A stretch of DNA of 30,240 bases from contig JBFGZE010000033.1 in the NCBI GenBank assembly GCA_041586955.1, positions 1 to 30,240 on the forward strand, in the 5' to 3' direction. A program made the translations under genes and the position numbers. Under the pieces are notes generated by a model. It searched no databases and had not been told where the DNA came from. It worked only from the letters and a program-made list of their open reading frames with translations. This DNA is from Bacteriovoracaceae bacterium. Its GTDB lineage: Bacteria; Bdellovibrionota; Bacteriovoracia; Bacteriovoracales; Bacteriovoracaceae. Positions 26,321 through 30,240 of the stretch are shown here, piece by piece; within the stretch, counting starts at the first letter, position 1; each line of letters begins with the position of its first letter.

Positions 26321-26920
26321 TTGAAAGAAAATTCCAAAGGATTTTTCTTGAATAAAAAATTATTAATCATTCTAACTCTAACTGCTTTAAGCTTCTCTTC
26401 TCATGCTGGCTTTGTGTTTAATACCACGACTTTTTATAATACCAGTGAAGATGATGCCGACGGCGCGTCCTATTCGACATTAAAGAATCACTTCTTTGCC
26501 GGAGCGACATTCCTCAGCAATAATAATATGGCCATCGGTTGGGATTATGCCACTTGGACCCGTGAAGTTAAAGGTTCGAGTTCTGCGACGGCCTCAGACC
26601 TTAGCTTAACGGAAATGGGTCCCCGAATCATTTTTTATATGGGCCAAAATAAAAATTTTTTCGTGTCATTTAATTGGAACCCATTAGTCGAAGGAGATCG
26701 TACTTTATCCACTGGTGTTTCCGAGGAGATTACTGGTTCTAGTTTATACGGATCAGTGGGTTATCAGGCAAAATTATCGAAAAAATTCTTTTTTGGTGGT
26801 TCACTCAATTACCACACGGTTTCAATTAGTAAGGCGACAGTCAATAGTACCGAGTCTGATGTCTCACATTCTTATACCGATATTTACCCCGCTCTTGATT
26901 TTGGAATGCGGTTTAAATAA
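26321..26920 (+). CDS. Small outer-membrane beta-barrel protein
   Basis: Signal peptide ending SSHA; alternating aromatic beta-strands (GSVGYQ, FFFGGSLNY); C-terminal LDFGMRFK. Start may be TTG26348. Confidence 0.75.
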   Translation: MKENSKGFFLNKKLLIILTLTALSFSSHAGFVFNTTTFYNTSEDDADGASYSTLKNHFFAGATFLSNNNMAIGWDYATWTREVKGSSSATASDLSLTEMGPRIIFYMGQNKNFFVSFNWNPLVEGDRTLSTGVSEEITGSSLYGSVGYQAKLSKKFFFGGSLNYHTVSISKATVNSTESDVSHSYTDIYPALDFGMRFK

Positions 26921-26975
26921 TAGTCTGTTTATTAACGGCCTGCTGGCTCTAAGATAGAGATAACCTTTCCTGTGC

Positions 26976-28076
26976 TTATAATAAAAGAATATTTTTTTGA
27001 GTAGCACGGTCAAAGAAATGAGCGTGATTCAAATTGAAAGCGAAGGATAGAGACGCATTTTCTCGAGGTACCTCCAAGTCCATCATCTCAGCAATAATAT
27101 GATTTTCCCCTAAAGAGATTTCAACATAGGAACATTCACCGAATGTCTGTAAACCTGCAACCTTTCCGGATAAGGTCCATTTCTTAAGGCCTTTTTTATG
27201 CCTGGGTAAAAGAATATGAGAGGGCCGAATTCCCATGACTAACTCCTTTCCAGCTTTAAAGAATTCACACTGAGGAGTTGGTAAAGGAAGGCGATGTGAG
27301 TCCCCATCAAAAGAAAGGAAGAGGCCATTACTCTCCTCTCCAATCGTGCAATTGAGAAAATTCATTTTAGGATTACCAAAAAAGCCGGCCACAAATTGAG
27401 AGCTTGGTCGATAAAAAATCTCTAAAGGAGTCCCCTCTTGTTCAATCACTCCATCTTTCATCACCACTAATTGATCAGCAAGAGTCATCGCCTCAGTCTG
27501 ATCGTGAGTCACGTAAATCCCCGTAAAACCCTGCTCATTATGTAATTTCTTAATTTCATAACGTATTTCTTGGCGCAATTGGTGGTCTAAATTAGATAAA
27601 GGTTCATCAAAAAGAATGACTTCAGGTTCTTTAACCAAAGCACTTGCCATTAAAACTCTTTGTTTTTGGCCACCTGATAATTGTCCTGGTCTTTTTTCTA
27701 AAGAATGATCAAGGCCTAAAATCTTCCCCATCCTCTGGACTCGAGAGTCTATGATCTTTGCTCCAAGGTTTTTATTTTTAAGGCCATAGGCCAAATTATC
27801 GTAGACATTCATTTGAGGATAAAGAGAACCATCCTGGAAAACCATAGAAATTGAACGTTTAGTAGGTGACTGTAAATTCTTATCCTTACCTAAAAATGAT
27901 ATTTTTCCTGCTGTCGCTTTTTCAAGGCCCGCAATCATTTTTAAGGTTGTGGACTTACCACAGCCACTCGGTCCGACAAGGACAGTCATTTGCCCCTCAG
28001 GAAAAGAAATATTTAAGTCATTAATAACGGCCTTGCGATTATTGTATTTTTTGGTGATACCTTGAAGATTGATCAT
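26976..28076 (-). CDS. CUT1-family ABC transporter ATPase (MalK/UgpC-like)
   Basis: Walker A GPSGCGKST, Q-loop VFQ, LSGGQKQRV, Walker B ILFDEPLSNLD, YVTHDQTEAMTLAD, FVAGFFG.P.MN, TOBE region GIRP...HFFD; RBS GGAGG. Confidence 0.92.
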   Translation of the reverse strand: MINLQGITKKYNNRKAVINDLNISFPEGQMTVLVGPSGCGKSTTLKMIAGLEKATAGKISFLGKDKNLQSPTKRSISMVFQDGSLYPQMNVYDNLAYGLKNKNLGAKIIDSRVQRMGKILGLDHSLEKRPGQLSGGQKQRVLMASALVKEPEVILFDEPLSNLDHQLRQEIRYEIKKLHNEQGFTGIYVTHDQTEAMTLADQLVVMKDGVIEQEGTPLEIFYRPSSQFVAGFFGNPKMNFLNCTIGEESNGLFLSFDGDSHRLPLPTPQCEFFKAGKELVMGIRPSHILLPRHKKGLKKWTLSGKVAGLQTFGECSYVEISLGENHIIAEMMDLEVPRENASLSFAFNLNHAHFFDRATQKNILLL

Positions 28077-28176
28077 ACGAACCTCCGTGAAGAAAAGTCG
28101 GTTTCTTGGGCCCTGTATACATCAAATCCCCCCCACGAAGTCAATAAAAAAAAATTGACAAGAAGAGAAATATATT

Positions 28177-29637
28177 TTACTTGGGAAAAAGGTCAATGGC
28201 GAGGTGCTCAATATTATCAAAATAATACCCCACACCAATACTGCCTTCCTGCCAGCCTTTTAATTGATAACTCGGCAGATTCACAGGTGATTCCTCTCCA
28301 AAACTAAAACTAGTGAGATCCACTTTGACGAACCAATGGCGATTGATAAAACCAACATAATTGAGGTTGGAACGCGTAATAGTTTCCCAGCGATGATCAT
28401 CATTAACCAAGCTACCATCATAATCAATTAGCGTTTTACCATGGCCCAACTCAAAGGTGAATGCTCCCATCGGCGTATGGCCTGTTATCCCAACATTATA
28501 AATGGTATAATAATTAATCAGATTGATACTTTCTTTTTCGCCTAAAACTTGGCGCCAAGAACTTGCCCCAAAAGTGGGAAAGGTACCCACAGCGTAATCC
28601 CAAATATCGTAATGATCCGGGTGATAAAGAGAGTCAACTCCAATCATTTGCACCATTTTAGGCCAGGCCATCGGGTGAGCATTGGTTGGAGTGCGATCAA
28701 AAATAGTTCCAGTGTCATTGTTAAAATTAGTTGTTTTGGCCAGAGGAGTTTGAAAACGCACGGCATTGGGAATAATCCGAAGGGCCAATAGTCCCCATTT
28801 TTTCCACCAAGGCCTGCCCACAAATGGCGTTTTCATTTTAATTTTGGTGGTCAAGAAGGGGTCTACCTTTCTCGTGAATAAATCATAGGCCTTATTCACT
28901 CCCTCCCAATAATTATCATCACGATTTTCTTCAATATACAGATAAAGGTGATTCGCCCCGAGCTCTGCCGCAAGTACGCGGATGGCCCCCCAGGGGATGT
29001 CATTGGCAAATACTTTACGCTTATGGAAGGCCCATTTACTGACTAATTTAAAAACCTCTGCCATGGGAATCACTTCATCATTGGGATATTTAGCAGTGAT
29101 GATTTTTTCCATTTCCCGGTATTGGCCACGCCACCAATTGATATCCACAGTAGCAGGAGGAAGAATAATCCAACGCCGCTGGTAGGGGCTTTTTTCTAAT
29201 TCCTTTTGAGTGTCGACCTCAAAACGATAAAGGGTATCACAATTAAAAAGGCCGCCAGAAACCAGATCGACCGATAAAGAAAGTCCTCCCAATATCGTTC
29301 CCACCGGGAATAAGAGTGAAGGGACAGCAGCAGGGACCACAGATTGCTTCCAATCAATCTTACAGAAGACTCTTTTTCGTTTAAATTGATTAGGGGCAAC
29401 TTCTAATTGGAAGACATGAGAATAACGGGAGCGACTCCCCTTATACCATAAAGGAGTTTTTCCTAAGAGCAGTCCATCACGGTCGCGTACATTTTGGCCG
29501 CGTGGTTCCGAGTCCAACGCGACGATTTTGCCATGGCGCTTAAATGTTCCACAACTTGAAACGAGAAATATGAAACAAAAACTGAGGGCGAGCGAATAAT
29601 TAGGCCTGAATCTCAGTAAACTCAAATTTGGTAACAT
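28177..29637 (-). CDS. Hypothetical lipoprotein with PEGA-like N-terminus and beta-strand-rich C-terminus
   Basis: Lipobox LVSSC; LDSEPRG...LLGKTPL (PEGA-like); C-terminal amphipathic strands ending SIGVGYYF. Start uncertain because it overlaps the ade 3' end. Confidence 0.6.
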   Translation of the reverse strand: MLPNLSLLRFRPNYSLALSFCFIFLVSSCGTFKRHGKIVALDSEPRGQNVRDRDGLLLGKTPLWYKGSRSRYSHVFQLEVAPNQFKRKRVFCKIDWKQSVVPAAVPSLLFPVGTILGGLSLSVDLVSGGLFNCDTLYRFEVDTQKELEKSPYQRRWIILPPATVDINWWRGQYREMEKIITAKYPNDEVIPMAEVFKLVSKWAFHKRKVFANDIPWGAIRVLAAELGANHLYLYIEENRDDNYWEGVNKAYDLFTRKVDPFLTTKIKMKTPFVGRPWWKKWGLLALRIIPNAVRFQTPLAKTTNFNNDTGTIFDRTPTNAHPMAWPKMVQMIGVDSLYHPDHYDIWDYAVGTFPTFGASSWRQVLGEKESINLINYYTIYNVGITGHTPMGAFTFELGHGKTLIDYDGSLVNDDHRWETITRSNLNYVGFINRHWFVKVDLTSFSFGEESPVNLPSYQLKGWQEGSIGVGYYFDNIEHLAIDLFPK

Positions 29638-30238
29638 CAACCAGACCTTTATCTGTAATTTTTAAACTGGGAATAACCGGTAGCGCCAAAAAGGCCATTT
29701 GAATAAAGGGTTCCTCAAGAACAACACCTTGTGCCTTAAAGGCCGTCTTTAAATCCTTAACACCATCAGCAATTGTTTCCGCTGACTCTAAACTTAAAAG
29801 GCCTGCAATGGGTAAATTTAATTGCGCTTTAACCTGGTCATCATCAACCACCACAAATCCGCCACCCGATTGGATGAGAGCATTAACGGCACAGGCCATA
29901 TCTTCAGGATTCGTTCCAATGCAAATTATATTATGAGAATCATGGGCCACACTACTAGCGATAGCGCCAGACTTAAGCCCTGTTCCACGTACCAGCCCTT
30001 TACTTGGAGGAGACTCTTGGCCATAACGTTCAACGACCACAATAGGAAGGACATCTTCTTGGTCAAAGTGCTGACCATCAAATTGCACTGTTAAATTTTC
30101 GGTAATAATCTCACCGGGCACAATTTGAATACATTTATAAGCACCAGGATCTAAGGTCAGCGCCAAATCCTGTCCAGCAACCTCACGCCGCTTCATAGTA
30201 TTTTCCATGGGAGGCATTGATTGCTCTAATTTATCGGG
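29600..30238 (-). CDS. ade: Adenine deaminase, C-terminal part (gene continues beyond the window)
   Basis: VVERYG, GLKSGAIASSVAHDSHNII.IG, GGG.VVV, LPIAGLLS, PFIQMAFLALPVIPSLKITDKGLVDV; the frame is open to the window edge. Confidence 0.92.
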   Translation of the reverse strand, partial: PDKLEQSMPPMENTMKRREVAGQDLALTLDPGAYKCIQIVPGEIITENLTVQFDGQHFDQEDVLPIVVVERYGQESPPSKGLVRGTGLKSGAIASSVAHDSHNIICIGTNPEDMACAVNALIQSGGGFVVVDDDQVKAQLNLPIAGLLSLESAETIADGVKDLKTAFKAQGVVLEEPFIQMAFLALPVIPSLKITDKGLVDVTKFEFTEIQA

Positions 30239-30240
30239 TA

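Noticed and set aside
26092..26370. 92-aa minus-strand ORF
   Set aside because: Overlaps two better-supported plus-strand genes; looks like AT-rich spacer translation.
29600..30238. Adenine deaminase as part of the arsenosugar pathway (recycling released adenine)
   Set aside because: It lies more than 5 kb from the GT genes, separated by unrelated genes; ordinary purine salvage explains it.
1..30240. CRISPR array, diversity-generating retroelement, IS element, tRNA or rRNA
   Set aside because: By eye I found no regularly spaced identical repeats, reverse transcriptase, transposase or structural-RNA signatures; the fibre repeats are protein-level and diverged in DNA.

Overview
Chromosomal segment, roughly 40% GC by eye, most likely from a Bdellovibrionota (Bacteriovorax/Halobacteriovorax-like) bacterium. 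That placement is inferred from the adhesin-type fibre protein, a DUF3015-like protein and the style of the HD-GYP proteins. Left to right: the 3' part of a giant mosaic fibre/adhesin gene ending in a Peptidase_G2-type chaperone; an orphan sugar-binding protein; rnc-era-der, with a ~110-aa acidic insertion inside the second GTPase domain of Der; a divergent XerD-like protein with a degenerate catalytic site; a degenerate HD-GYP protein; a CoA-binding protein; a CheA-P1-like HPt with Asp in place of His; a glycerate kinase-like gene; transaldolase; and a matrixin lipoprotein. The most interesting region is ~15.1-24.1 kb. An ECF sigma/zinc-finger anti-sigma pair is divergent from a translationally coupled operon of ArsM-type arsenite methyltransferase, DUF547 and a Cys-rich radical SAM enzyme that is not canonical ArsS. 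After an interposed malectin/FN3 secreted-protein gene comes a YqaA/DedA, GT-C-type membrane glycosyltransferase and GT2 trio. Together these look like a variant organoarsenic (arsenosugar-like) synthesis and polyprenyl-linked surface-transfer system; that function is inference. The right end holds an intact HD-GYP, DUF3015-like, small hypothetical, beta-barrel OMP, orphan MalK-type ATPase, a lipoprotein and the 3' part of adenine deaminase. No rRNA, tRNA, CRISPR array or IS element was recognised. All family calls come from motif recognition by eye, not database searches.
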